DNA from: an uncultured virus (IMG/VR IMGVR_UViG_3300030098_005893)
Lineage: Duplodnaviria > Heunggongvirae > Uroviricota > Caudoviricetes
DNA: 64,000 nt
Direction: 5' to 3' (one strand)
IMG/VR virus record: IMGVR_UViG_3300030098_005893
Location: 1-64,000 of that record
How positions within the stretch are numbered: the stretch's first letter is position 1; every line of letters begins with the position of its first letter. Shown piece by piece: positions 48,096-57,056 of the stretch. The position numbers and the translations under genes are program-made. The notes under the pieces are model-generated. The model ran no database searches. It worked only from the letters and a program-made list of their open reading frames with translations, and had not been told where the DNA came from.

Positions 48096-49385
48096 ATGAG
48101 TGAGGCAGACGCCCATTCGGGACAAAATACAGCAGTTGAGGAGGCAGACGCCCCAGACACTGAAAGCATCCAAGAAGATACACCCGAGGTCGGAAATAAC
48201 GATCTGGGGGGTTCGGGCGAGGTGGATGGACAGCAGGAAGCTGCTGAACAAGCCACGCCGTCTATGGCAGACAGGATATCTGAAGCTGGGGACATAGCTG
48301 AATACGAGGCTTTAATGTCTGAGATTGAGCAAAACCCCAACCTCTTGCAAGAACTTGACCCAAATGAAGAGAGTTCTGAAGAAACGGCTACGAATGAGGA
48401 GGAGGCGCAGGCCCCTCCGGAGGGAGAGCCAGAGCAACGAGAAGAGCAACCCGTTGAGCAAGAGCAAGTTGCAGAGCAAAGTCAGCCAGACGAAGCCGGA
48501 GACGTAGTAGATGAGGGGGACAAAATCCCCCAATTCCGATTGCGTCCAACAGAGCAAGTGGATGCTGAGGCATTGCGAATAATGAAGGCCGCAGACGCCG
48601 CTGATGCACCTATAAACCTTGAACAGGCGCTTAGTATTGCAAAACAGCGGTTAGGTATTGAAGAGAGACCGACAGCCAAAATTGAGCCAGTTGAAAACGA
48701 CACTCAATACTCCGAAGAGGAGGAGGCAGAGGAGGAAGACCCGATATCTGATGTAACGTATGCTGAGGCCAAACAGGAACTAAAGGACCTTCGCAAAAAG
48801 CATAGCCAAGCACTCCGTGACGGCGACCTTGACGAGGCCGCAGACGTAATGGATCAGCTTGGTGAAACTGAAGAGCTTGTTGAATTGTTGTCTGTTCGTG
48901 AAGAACAAGAAGCGACAGCGGCAGTAAACGAGCATGATCATGCTTTTGATTCCTCAGTTGCAAAAGCAAACGAGCTTTACCCGGATTTCGGGAATGAAGG
49001 CTCAGACTTTTACGCTAGAGCAGCAGAGATCGACGCGGCCCTGCGGGATACTGAAGACAATCGCTACTTCGATGCTAATAAACCGCTTCTGATTGCCCAA
49101 ATGGTAGCAAAGGAGCTGAATATAGCTCCAAACACGGGAGGGCCAGCCAAGGAGGCCCCCCAGCAGAAGCAAAAAGCTGCGCCTCAGCAACAGTCACCCT
49201 CTTCGCCCCAGCCCCCAAGGACCGAAAAGCCCGGCCAACTACCCGCAGCCAGTGGAGCTTCACGCACTGCTGGCGTCCAAACCGGACAAGCGGCTACACT
49301 TGCTGATCAAGTGGCGAATATATCCAACCCTGATGACTTTGACGAATTAGCCGAACAAGTCTTCCGGTCTGGCATTGCTGATTGA
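48096..49385 (+). CDS. Capsid scaffolding protein
   Basis: Very acidic, helical, directly upstream of the MCP. ATG 48096. Confidence 0.75.
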   Translation: MSEADAHSGQNTAVEEADAPDTESIQEDTPEVGNNDLGGSGEVDGQQEAAEQATPSMADRISEAGDIAEYEALMSEIEQNPNLLQELDPNEESSEETATNEEEAQAPPEGEPEQREEQPVEQEQVAEQSQPDEAGDVVDEGDKIPQFRLRPTEQVDAEALRIMKAADAADAPINLEQALSIAKQRLGIEERPTAKIEPVENDTQYSEEEEAEEEDPISDVTYAEAKQELKDLRKKHSQALRDGDLDEAADVMDQLGETEELVELLSVREEQEATAAVNEHDHAFDSSVAKANELYPDFGNEGSDFYARAAEIDAALRDTEDNRYFDANKPLLIAQMVAKELNIAPNTGGPAKEAPQQKQKAAPQQQSPSSPQPPRTEKPGQLPAASGASRTAGVQTGQAATLADQVANISNPDDFDELAEQVFRSGIAD

Positions 49386-49440
49386 TTGGTTGTGTTTGTC
49401 GCGGGTCCGAAAACCGCAATTCAATTAACCACCAAGAATC

Positions 49441-50970
49441 ATGGCATTCCATACTTCCAATGTTACTGGTCAGGGAATCGGCAACGCCCTTTCCGCTGAC
49501 CCCGCAAACGCATTTGGTAACGCTGGGGCAGTCCGCGAACTTTGGCGCAAAGGAGTTGAGGTCTATGAACAGACCGCAGACTTCTTTGCTCCTTTCGAGG
49601 GCGGCAACGACAGCATTATCCAAACCGTTACCGACACGACCAAAGGTCGCGGTCAGAAAATTACGTTCACCACCATGGCTGGTCTCTACAATGAGCCCAA
49701 GCACGGAGACGAGCTTTTTGATGACGGTGATGCTTTCGAGTCGATCAAGATCAATTCCGCAACCCTGTCCGTGGACTTCATGCGCCACGGCGTTCGTTAT
49801 ACCGAACGAGCTGAAGAGTTCATGGGAATGCGCGGCGAAATCGCCGTAGGCATCCCCCGCGAGCTTGGCAAGTGGATGGGCCGCAACAAGAGTGAGAAGC
49901 TGTTTATGAGCTTCTTGCACCACGGCGCAGGCGCAAACCAAATTATTGCAAACAGCAAGGCCAGCGCGGACGATCTGTTTACTGCTGACACCCTTGATTG
50001 GGACGGCATCGTCTCCGCTCAGACGCAGCTCTCCCGCCTTGGCGGAAGCCCTGCTAAATTGGGCCGGGATCAGAACGGTAACGCCATTCATCGCTACTGC
50101 TCCGTTGCAACCACTGACGCTCTGTTCTCTCTTGAGCAGGACGCTGATTACAAGGATGCACACGAAGAGGGTGGGCCAAACGCCTACTCCAACCAGTTGT
50201 TTACGGGTGGCTACTCCGATGTCCGGGGTAATATCATCAAGAAATACAATCCCATCGACCATGACGGATACGGTGCGATTGCTTCTCCGCTGAACCCCAA
50301 GGCAGAGCTTGGATGCTCGACCGTCGATGGGTTTACCAACAACACCACCACTGGTGTTGCGGCAACCAAAATCGCTGGCGGCGGATCTGCAACTGCTGGG
50401 GCTCTTACGGCTCCCGCTTACTTCAAATACTTCCCGCTCTACGCGTTCAAGTTCCTTGCAACGGACACCCTGTCTCTTGCGGCCAGCTTGTATGGAAGTG
50501 GGTCGTTCTATGTAGCGGTTGTAAACCACCCCAATGCGGCCACAGACCCGAACAAGATTGGCTTCTACTCAGTTAACGCCAATGACGGGAACCTGTTGAC
50601 CGTGAACGACAAGCATGAGTCGGGAGACGCCAACAACGCCTTTGGCTCCTTTCCCGCTTTCGACAGCGATATCCACACCAACACCCACGATGCTGGAACA
50701 GCCAGCATCTACCTTGTGAACCAGCACGGTGTGCCTTACGGCCACACTCTGTTCATGGGTAAGCAGGCTGCTCGTCGCGCATACGGCAAGTATCGCAACC
50801 AGCGTTCCGAAGACTCCCATGAGGGCGGCTTCGTGAAGGACATCTTCGTGACCTCTGTCTTCGGGCAGGAGCCAGTGCAGGATGCTGCTGGGCGCAGGCC
50901 GGGATACCTTATCCTGACACACGCACTGCAATACGCTGGAGTTCCGTTCCCGACAGTCACCACTGCTTAA
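49441..50970 (+). CDS. Major capsid protein (DUF4043/N4 gp56-like)
   Basis: ELW...FFAPFEG...IIQ..D..KG.GQKITF pattern, strong codon bias, follows scaffold, followed by a terminator. Confidence 0.8.
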   Translation: MAFHTSNVTGQGIGNALSADPANAFGNAGAVRELWRKGVEVYEQTADFFAPFEGGNDSIIQTVTDTTKGRGQKITFTTMAGLYNEPKHGDELFDDGDAFESIKINSATLSVDFMRHGVRYTERAEEFMGMRGEIAVGIPRELGKWMGRNKSEKLFMSFLHHGAGANQIIANSKASADDLFTADTLDWDGIVSAQTQLSRLGGSPAKLGRDQNGNAIHRYCSVATTDALFSLEQDADYKDAHEEGGPNAYSNQLFTGGYSDVRGNIIKKYNPIDHDGYGAIASPLNPKAELGCSTVDGFTNNTTTGVAATKIAGGGSATAGALTAPAYFKYFPLYAFKFLATDTLSLAASLYGSGSFYVAVVNHPNAATDPNKIGFYSVNANDGNLLTVNDKHESGDANNAFGSFPAFDSDIHTNTHDAGTASIYLVNQHGVPYGHTLFMGKQAARRAYGKYRNQRSEDSHEGGFVKDIFVTSVFGQEPVQDAAGRRPGYLILTHALQYAGVPFPTVTTA

Positions 50971-51011
50971 TTCCTGAGAAATCAGGGATTTGGGATCAAG
51001 AACCCAATTAT

Positions 51012-51052
51012 GGGGGCCCTGAGTTGCAATTCTTGCAACCGGGGCCCCTTTT
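51012..51052 (+). terminator. Intrinsic terminator after the MCP
   Basis: GGGGCCC..GTTGCAA-ttc-TTGCAAC..GGGCCCC-TTTT. Confidence 0.8.
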
Positions 51053-51066
51053 GCTATACTTTGAGT

Positions 51067-51393
51067 ATGCCTATTTTAGCAGTATTGCAGTATCCTGATC
51101 GCGGAACGTATGCCCCGGCAAAATACGGAACTCGGCATGGGGACTTTTTGAGGTCCAAGGTGCCGGGAATGGAGGAGGAAATCTGGGTCCTTGGTGGGCG
51201 CACATATGACCTTTCTAAAGCTAAAGACAGGGAAGAGTTCAATGCAGACTGCGCCACTCTTATCCCCTTTTGCCACGGAAGAAAAATGAGAGTGGTTCCG
51301 GTTATTTTGAATCCTGTGGCTGCTAAAAAGACAGCCAAGAAAAAGGCGGCTAAAGAGCTGCCAGAAAAACTTTTGCCACCCTCCGGAGGGTAG
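51067..51393 (+). CDS. Hypothetical protein with a KKAA-rich tail
   Basis: ATG 51067, 6 nt after TATACT. Confidence 0.65.
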   Translation: MPILAVLQYPDRGTYAPAKYGTRHGDFLRSKVPGMEEEIWVLGGRTYDLSKAKDREEFNADCATLIPFCHGRKMRVVPVILNPVAAKKTAKKKAAKELPEKLLPPSGG

Positions 51394-51399
51394 TAAGCC

Positions 51400-52164
51400 A
51401 TGACTCTTAAAGAGCTTAGAGACAACGTGTTGCGGGTCCTCTGGATGGAGGGAGCTGGGACGATTCCTGACTATATTTACGAGGATGCCACCACGGCCAT
51501 CAATTCTGCGTTGCAACTCATGCACCAGAGCCCTCTGGACTATTTCCGCAAAGAGGAGGGGACGCTATACTATTCTGCGGGAACATCATCGGCAAACCTC
51601 AACACTCTGTATGGAGCAAACGAGCTTATTGGGCCCGTTTGGATCGAGGCAGAGAACAACAGAGAGCTTCATAGGATCACCGATGAGTCTGAGTTTAATC
51701 AATTCTTCCCAAGGTTTTATGGGAAAACTGAAGCTCAGGCCGTAGCTGACGGGGTTCCCGCTCCAAGTTACTACTTCGTCAAAACTCGCAGAGAAGCAGC
51801 CGAAGACTCTGGAAGGGACTCGTCTGGTGCGTATATCGAGATCAAGCCGACCCCAACAGCAGACGTAAGCATCAGTCTAATTTACGCCAGAAAGGCTGCC
51901 GTTTTTGAAACAAGCTACATCAAGGCTCTGTCAGGATCAGAGGTAACTCCCGTCCCGGCAGACGCGGTAGAGACAATCCTTCTGCCGCTTGCTAGAATGT
52001 ATGCAATGAGGTCTCACTTTTTCTTTGAGAAAGACAAGATCCCCATGTTTGAGCAGGACTCAGCCAGAGCGATGCAATCGTTGCAAGTCTCTGACCCCGA
52101 AATGGGGACAAAGAGCCACATGGCTGAGCAGCTTAGGAAACAATTTGCGTCTGAAGAAGAATGA
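51400..52164 (+). CDS. Head-tail adaptor-like protein
   Basis: MTLKELRDNV...AINSAL, IEIKPTP; position after the MCP. Confidence 0.65.
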   Translation: MTLKELRDNVLRVLWMEGAGTIPDYIYEDATTAINSALQLMHQSPLDYFRKEEGTLYYSAGTSSANLNTLYGANELIGPVWIEAENNRELHRITDESEFNQFFPRFYGKTEAQAVADGVPAPSYYFVKTRREAAEDSGRDSSGAYIEIKPTPTADVSISLIYARKAAVFETSYIKALSGSEVTPVPADAVETILLPLARMYAMRSHFFFEKDKIPMFEQDSARAMQSLQVSDPEMGTKSHMAEQLRKQFASEEE

Positions 52165-53096
52165 CTGTTCAAGAATTAGCTCAAAGGCTTGCAAGATGGA
52201 CAGCCAGTAAGACGCTCTCGCAAATGAGCGTTGAGGATCGTTTGATCCTGCTGGATTGTGTCAACTCCGCTGTTTTTAACTGGTTTATTACGGCCCCGGA
52301 AAACCTGAGGATGACCACGGTCTCGCACCTAATAAGGGCGAAGGAGACCATCAGCTTTACCGCCACCAACGGAGGAAACGACATGACTGGCGCTTCGTTG
52401 CAAGACTATCATCTAGGAGCGGCTTTGGAGATTGCAGGGGAGAAAAACATGAATGAAATCGTTTCGGTTTCTGGGACTCCTAAAATGCTTAACCAGTTTC
52501 GCGGATCAACTGGCTCCGTGTCCGCAAGTGTCCACTTTGACACTATTATGCTCACGGATCACAGCGTCAACAGGCTGGTAAGCCATCCTAGAGTGCTTGA
52601 TACGGGAGTTACCCTGTTCAGGGACGAAGACGGCCTTCGATTCGTTGGACCGGAGAGAAGGATGAGGGCGTTTTCCGGAATACTTGGGACCACAGCAGCC
52701 TCAAGTTCTGTGCAAACCTTTGGAGACCCCACAAGGTATGTTCTAGAAAACACCGGGGTATCCCAGAAAGACGAAGCCAGACTAATGGTTAGGCTCGACC
52801 CCATTCCGGACAAGGAGATGACTGTGGTGTTCGATGCCGTGCTGGACCCGCCTTCTCATGATTTGACAGATATGGACGGGAGTGTGGCCGTTGCCGTTCC
52901 GGATCAATATGTTTTGCCTCATGTTCTTCCGTTGGCGCTAAGCGACTTGGTTATGACCCCGATCTGGGAGGGGTCAAAAGAGGAGAGAGACGCCACCATC
53001 CAGAGGGGGATATCTGCTATTGCCGCAATAAATAGGGCAATGCAGCCCAACAGGGGATCTCCTTCCAATTATGTGAGAACCAGACCCGGATATTAA
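52161..53096 (+). CDS. Second adaptor/tail-tubular-like protein
   Basis: MTVQELAQRL...CVNSA, RLDPIPD; similar layout to the previous gene. Confidence 0.6.
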   Translation: MTVQELAQRLARWTASKTLSQMSVEDRLILLDCVNSAVFNWFITAPENLRMTTVSHLIRAKETISFTATNGGNDMTGASLQDYHLGAALEIAGEKNMNEIVSVSGTPKMLNQFRGSTGSVSASVHFDTIMLTDHSVNRLVSHPRVLDTGVTLFRDEDGLRFVGPERRMRAFSGILGTTAASSSVQTFGDPTRYVLENTGVSQKDEARLMVRLDPIPDKEMTVVFDAVLDPPSHDLTDMDGSVAVAVPDQYVLPHVLPLALSDLVMTPIWEGSKEERDATIQRGISAIAAINRAMQPNRGSPSNYVRTRPGY

Positions 53097-53097
53097 A

Positions 53098-53514
53098 ATG
53101 ATTGCAGACGCCACAAAGCTAAAGGCCGCAGTTAAACAGGCCCTACAGGAGATCAATGACGCATGTTACGAAATGCGCCAAGAGGGAGTTGTCGTCCTCA
53201 TGCCGGAAGCTGTTGAATTTGAGGTGAACATGGTCATAGGGACAGACATCAATGTTGTCACAAGGACCAATAACGAGAGCGAGAATAACGGAACAACTAC
53301 TACAACTCGCACCTCTGGGGCTGCTGACCTTACCGCAGGCCCTCACGAACAGGAGGTATCCACCAAGACGAACGACAACAGGGAGACAAACAGGACATAT
53401 ACCACTCTCACTGAAACAACCAAAATCAAACACCCTACAGTTACGACGACTGGAAGCGGTCAGGATACTGGGGACGAAACTGTAAATTACACCTACGGAG
53501 ACGGGGACGCATAA
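53098..53514 (+). CDS. Thr-rich hypothetical virion protein
   Basis: 138 aa, Thr-rich C-terminal half. Confidence 0.65.
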   Translation: MIADATKLKAAVKQALQEINDACYEMRQEGVVVLMPEAVEFEVNMVIGTDINVVTRTNNESENNGTTTTTRTSGAADLTAGPHEQEVSTKTNDNRETNRTYTTLTETTKIKHPTVTTTGSGQDTGDETVNYTYGDGDA

Positions 53515-53517
53515 GCC

Positions 53518-53820
53518 ATGGCTAGTTCAGACAATATAATTACAAGAGTAACCGATACTACGGCCACTAAAGGCCAAATATCGGCGCAGTCATATGACAG
53601 CCAAACAACAAGGACCGTAACCACTCCGACCCTTACAAAGGAGACTACGACCCAGCTTGATGACACTGCCAATACAAGCGAAAGAAAAGTTGGCGATGTA
53701 ACAGAAACGCGAACCTCGTCAGGAGTGGGGACTGTTACCACTACAAACGAGGACAAGGGCGTGGTCTTGAGGTTTACCATCCCCATCCAACAGAGAAATC
53801 CAATTGTTAGATCGGAGTAA
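53518..53820 (+). CDS. Thr-rich hypothetical virion protein
   Basis: 100 aa, in frame with the previous ORF. Confidence 0.65.
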   Translation: MASSDNIITRVTDTTATKGQISAQSYDSQTTRTVTTPTLTKETTTQLDDTANTSERKVGDVTETRTSSGVGTVTTTNEDKGVVLRFTIPIQQRNPIVRSE

Positions 53821-53850
53821 TTGCAATACTATTAGCCAACTTACCAAGTT

Positions 53851-54105
53851 ATGCTTACAAGGTCAGGAAGAGAACTTTTAGCCTCCGGAAAGGGGGCCTC
53901 AGGAACAGAAGCCGCATGGACGCTTTCTGGTGACGGTTATGCTGCTGACGATCTTCATCCATGCACTCCATTTAACGGACTCTTAGGAGTCTCTACAGCG
54001 TGGAAAGAAGACGACTCCACTGGGGACCTCTCCCCTCTTGCCGCCCCCGCAAGCGACTCTCATTTTACAGTTTCTGGATCAGACCTAGTCACTAACGCAA
54101 CATAG
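53851..54105 (+). CDS. Hypothetical protein (84 aa)
   Basis: ATG-started ORF directly before the fibre gene. Confidence 0.55.
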   Translation: MLTRSGRELLASGKGASGTEAAWTLSGDGYAADDLHPCTPFNGLLGVSTAWKEDDSTGDLSPLAAPASDSHFTVSGSDLVTNAT

Positions 54106-54107
54106 AA

Positions 54108-56033
54108 ATGGCCACTCCAAACATAATCCCCAACGCCAACAACGAAGGCAAATTAGGAAAATCTGGGACCCAGTGGTCCGAGGTTAGGGGGCAGACAATT
54201 TACCAAAACGGGAACCCAGTTGCAAATTTGGCGTCTCCCGAATTTACCGGGGCCCCTAAGGCTCCCACGCCGGGAAGCTCTGACAACGACACACACATTG
54301 CAACTACGGCATGGGTGACGACTTTTCTTACCGGGATTTACACAAAAATCCACGGCTCCCCTACTGCCGGGAACCTGTTTAAGTCTAAAGCTGGGGGGCT
54401 TATTGAGGATAGTGGTCACTCTACCGCAACCCTGCTCGATAGAGCTAACCACACAGGCGCTCAGGCCCAAAGCACTGTCACAGACCTTGTGAGTGATCTT
54501 GCAACGATAACCAGTAATGTTGCAACAAACACCTCTGCCATCTCAGGCAAGGCGGCCACTTCCCACACCCACACAAGTGCTGACATTACTGACGCAACAG
54601 ATGCGGCTACAGTTAGCAAGGTTGTAAAACGAAGCGCAACAGGGGCCGCGTCATTCGCGTCTACCGGGACAAACAAAGCTGTTAGCGCGTCATCAACTGG
54701 AACCAATGGATACGGGGTATATGGGGCCTCCACAGGGAACACCAGCTATTCCGTTTTTGGATTTAACACAGGGACAGGAGGAACTGCTGGCCACTTCTCC
54801 AATGGTGCTTCCAGCGGAAAAGGGCTTATTGCCGATAACAACCAGACCTCAGCTATCATCCTTGAAGCAAGGCACTCAACCAACCCAATGTTTACCGTTC
54901 TCACCGGATCAAAGGTGAGACTGTATAACACTGCTTCATCATATTATTCTGAGATCGACCACGGCACTTTAACGGCCAACAGAACGATAACGTGGCCGGA
55001 TGCTACCGGGACAGTTACTCTTGGAGACGGAGGGGGGATCACTGACGCAGGGGCGTTCAGAACGGCTCTGGGGGTTGGCACAGGCGACTCTCCCTCGTTC
55101 ACTAAGACCTCCGTAACCTCCTCCACTTCTGAAGGATACAACTTTAGCTCTGGAGCTAAAATTGCCCTAGAAAACGCCGCCAATACCAGCAAGTTTCAAC
55201 TCCCTCACGGGGGAGGAAGCACAGAAAAGCTGGTGGACGGGGACGGCAGAGGCATTACTGATGCTGCGGCATTCAGGACCGCAATTGGGTCTCCCAACAT
55301 CGCCGGGGACACGTTTACAGGGACTGTCGTAATCGACCCCGCGAGTGGCTCCAACATGATTAGGATGGACGGGCCTTCTGGTGGATACGCCCTGCTTACT
55401 TTTGACTCATCCACCACTAGGAGCCTTGCGGTCCCAGATGCCACCGGAAATCTAGCCGTATGCGCCAGCGGGGCAGGGGCAATTGTTGCATCAGATGTAA
55501 CCGATTCCACCGCCACGGGAAGATCGCTGATGACCGCAGCAGATGCGGCAGCAGGAAGGGCGGCTCTGAGCGCGTCAACCCAATCAGCAACCCTTGGATT
55601 TGGTGTAATCGCCGGAACAAGGAATAACACCAATGCGACCTCTGTATCTACAGGGTCTTTTGCAAAAATTCACCCGGGAACCTTTGCCGTAGTTAGTGGG
55701 GCCAACTTCAGCGTCCCATCCAGCTCGGAAGCCAAGGTTACTTATGGCGGCTCTGTGACATCAAACTTTTTGGTCACAGCCGTTATGACCGTCAAGAGCG
55801 GGGCCTCTGGGACTGTGACTGTTTCTGCTCGGCTGGGCAAAAACGATGCCACCATCTCCACTTCAGAGGTAAGCCAGACGTTTTTGAATAATACCCACGA
55901 AGACTCGATGACCGTGCAAAACGTGATGAGTCTCGCTAACACGAATACTGTGGAGGTCTGGATTGCTAACGAAACCGGCTCAGACAACCCCACTGTTACC
56001 GATATTTCGCTAACCCTGATCCCCATGGATTGA
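54108..56033 (+). CDS. Tail fibre protein
   Basis: Fibre motifs LASPEFTGAPKAPT...IATTAWV, RANHTGAQ, HTHTSADITD, repeated ITDA.AFRTA.G. Confidence 0.85.
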   Translation: MATPNIIPNANNEGKLGKSGTQWSEVRGQTIYQNGNPVANLASPEFTGAPKAPTPGSSDNDTHIATTAWVTTFLTGIYTKIHGSPTAGNLFKSKAGGLIEDSGHSTATLLDRANHTGAQAQSTVTDLVSDLATITSNVATNTSAISGKAATSHTHTSADITDATDAATVSKVVKRSATGAASFASTGTNKAVSASSTGTNGYGVYGASTGNTSYSVFGFNTGTGGTAGHFSNGASSGKGLIADNNQTSAIILEARHSTNPMFTVLTGSKVRLYNTASSYYSEIDHGTLTANRTITWPDATGTVTLGDGGGITDAGAFRTALGVGTGDSPSFTKTSVTSSTSEGYNFSSGAKIALENAANTSKFQLPHGGGSTEKLVDGDGRGITDAAAFRTAIGSPNIAGDTFTGTVVIDPASGSNMIRMDGPSGGYALLTFDSSTTRSLAVPDATGNLAVCASGAGAIVASDVTDSTATGRSLMTAADAAAGRAALSASTQSATLGFGVIAGTRNNTNATSVSTGSFAKIHPGTFAVVSGANFSVPSSSEAKVTYGGSVTSNFLVTAVMTVKSGASGTVTVSARLGKNDATISTSEVSQTFLNNTHEDSMTVQNVMSLANTNTVEVWIANETGSDNPTVTDISLTLIPMD

Positions 56034-56053
56034 TCTCCCCCCGGAGGGAGGCT

Positions 56054-56760
56054 ATGAGAACCCCCAAAACAAACAGGTCCTGCGTGGCGCTTGCAATTAT
56101 TGCAAGCTGCTTTGCGTTTGTGTCGTGTTCTCCCTCGGTCACACAGGCACCGCCAGCCATAGCGGTTCCCAAATTATCTCCAAAGCCCAATATAGCCAAT
56201 ACGGAGGCGCAGGTCCGAAAGGTAGAGGCTAAAGTTGGAGAGGTGGAAGACGCGGTAAGGGATGTTGGGCACAAGCTCGACGCCGCCAAAGTGACCACAG
56301 AAGCCATAGAAAAGGCTGTTGAAGAGGCTTACGCAAACGGGCTAGAGGCGGGATCTGCTGCCGCTGACGAGCTTCGGGGCTTTGTGGTAGACCTTAGGGC
56401 AGAGTTAGACTCGTCTATTGCCGCTAGGGAGTCTGCCGTTGCAGCATTAAACGAGACCAAAGCGGCTCTAACCAAGGCAGAGCAAGCAAACCTCCAGTTG
56501 CGATCTGAGATAGAGGCTATGGCCGTCCAGAACAAAGGCTTACTNNNNNNNNNNTCAAAATAGGGATTAAAATTGCTGCTGAAAGAGACGCGGCTCGGGA
56601 AAAGGTAGCAAAAGTGGAGTCCCAAAGAGATGAAGCCCTTAAATATAAAAGGTTTGTGTGGATTGCGGTAGCCGTGGCGATGCTATATCTTGTCCTGAAA
56701 GTTGTTGTTGCAACTGGAACTTGGACACCGCAAGGACGAATTGCTAAAATACTTTTTTAA
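56054..56760 (+). CDS. Lipoprotein with coiled coil and C-terminal TM (candidate unimolecular spanin); spans an assembly gap
   Basis: Signal peptide ending FAFVS-C; after the N run (56545-56554) a frame reads KIGIKIAAERD...FVWIAVAVAMLYLVLKVVV...KILF* to 56760. Confidence 0.55.
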
Positions 56761-56777
56761 CCAACCAACTGAATCCA

Positions 56778-57044
56778 ATGGAATATACCCAAAGTGCAAA
56801 CGTAAAGGCCAAGTTCAAGGATAGCGGCATTGATGCCCTGCCCGTGGACATAAGCTCAACCGATCAGACTCTGTCGCAGGTCGCTAGAGCTTTGGTCATC
56901 GGGACTGCCGGGAACCTTAAAGTGACCACGTTGCAAGGCAACACTGTGACGCTTGTAGGTGTCCCCGCTGGGGTCTTGCCTCTCTGTGTCACGAAAGTGT
57001 TCAGAACAGGAACGACCGCAGCCAACATTAGTGCAATTTTTTAG
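56778..57044 (+). CDS. Head spike base protein (Rcc01079-like)
   Basis: RALVIGTAGNLKV...VPAGVLPL.V.KV..TGTTA. Confidence 0.7.
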   Translation: MEYTQSANVKAKFKDSGIDALPVDISSTDQTLSQVARALVIGTAGNLKVTTLQGNTVTLVGVPAGVLPLCVTKVFRTGTTAANISAIF

Positions 57045-57056
57045 ACCCAATAGGAA

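Noticed and set aside
49294..50529. 411-aa antisense ORF over the capsid gene
   Set aside because: Explained by the strong codon bias of the MCP; no motif or initiation signal.
56545..56563. Apparent stop or frameshift ending ORF 56030..56563
   Set aside because: Caused by a 10-N scaffold gap of uncertain length; coding continues in another frame.
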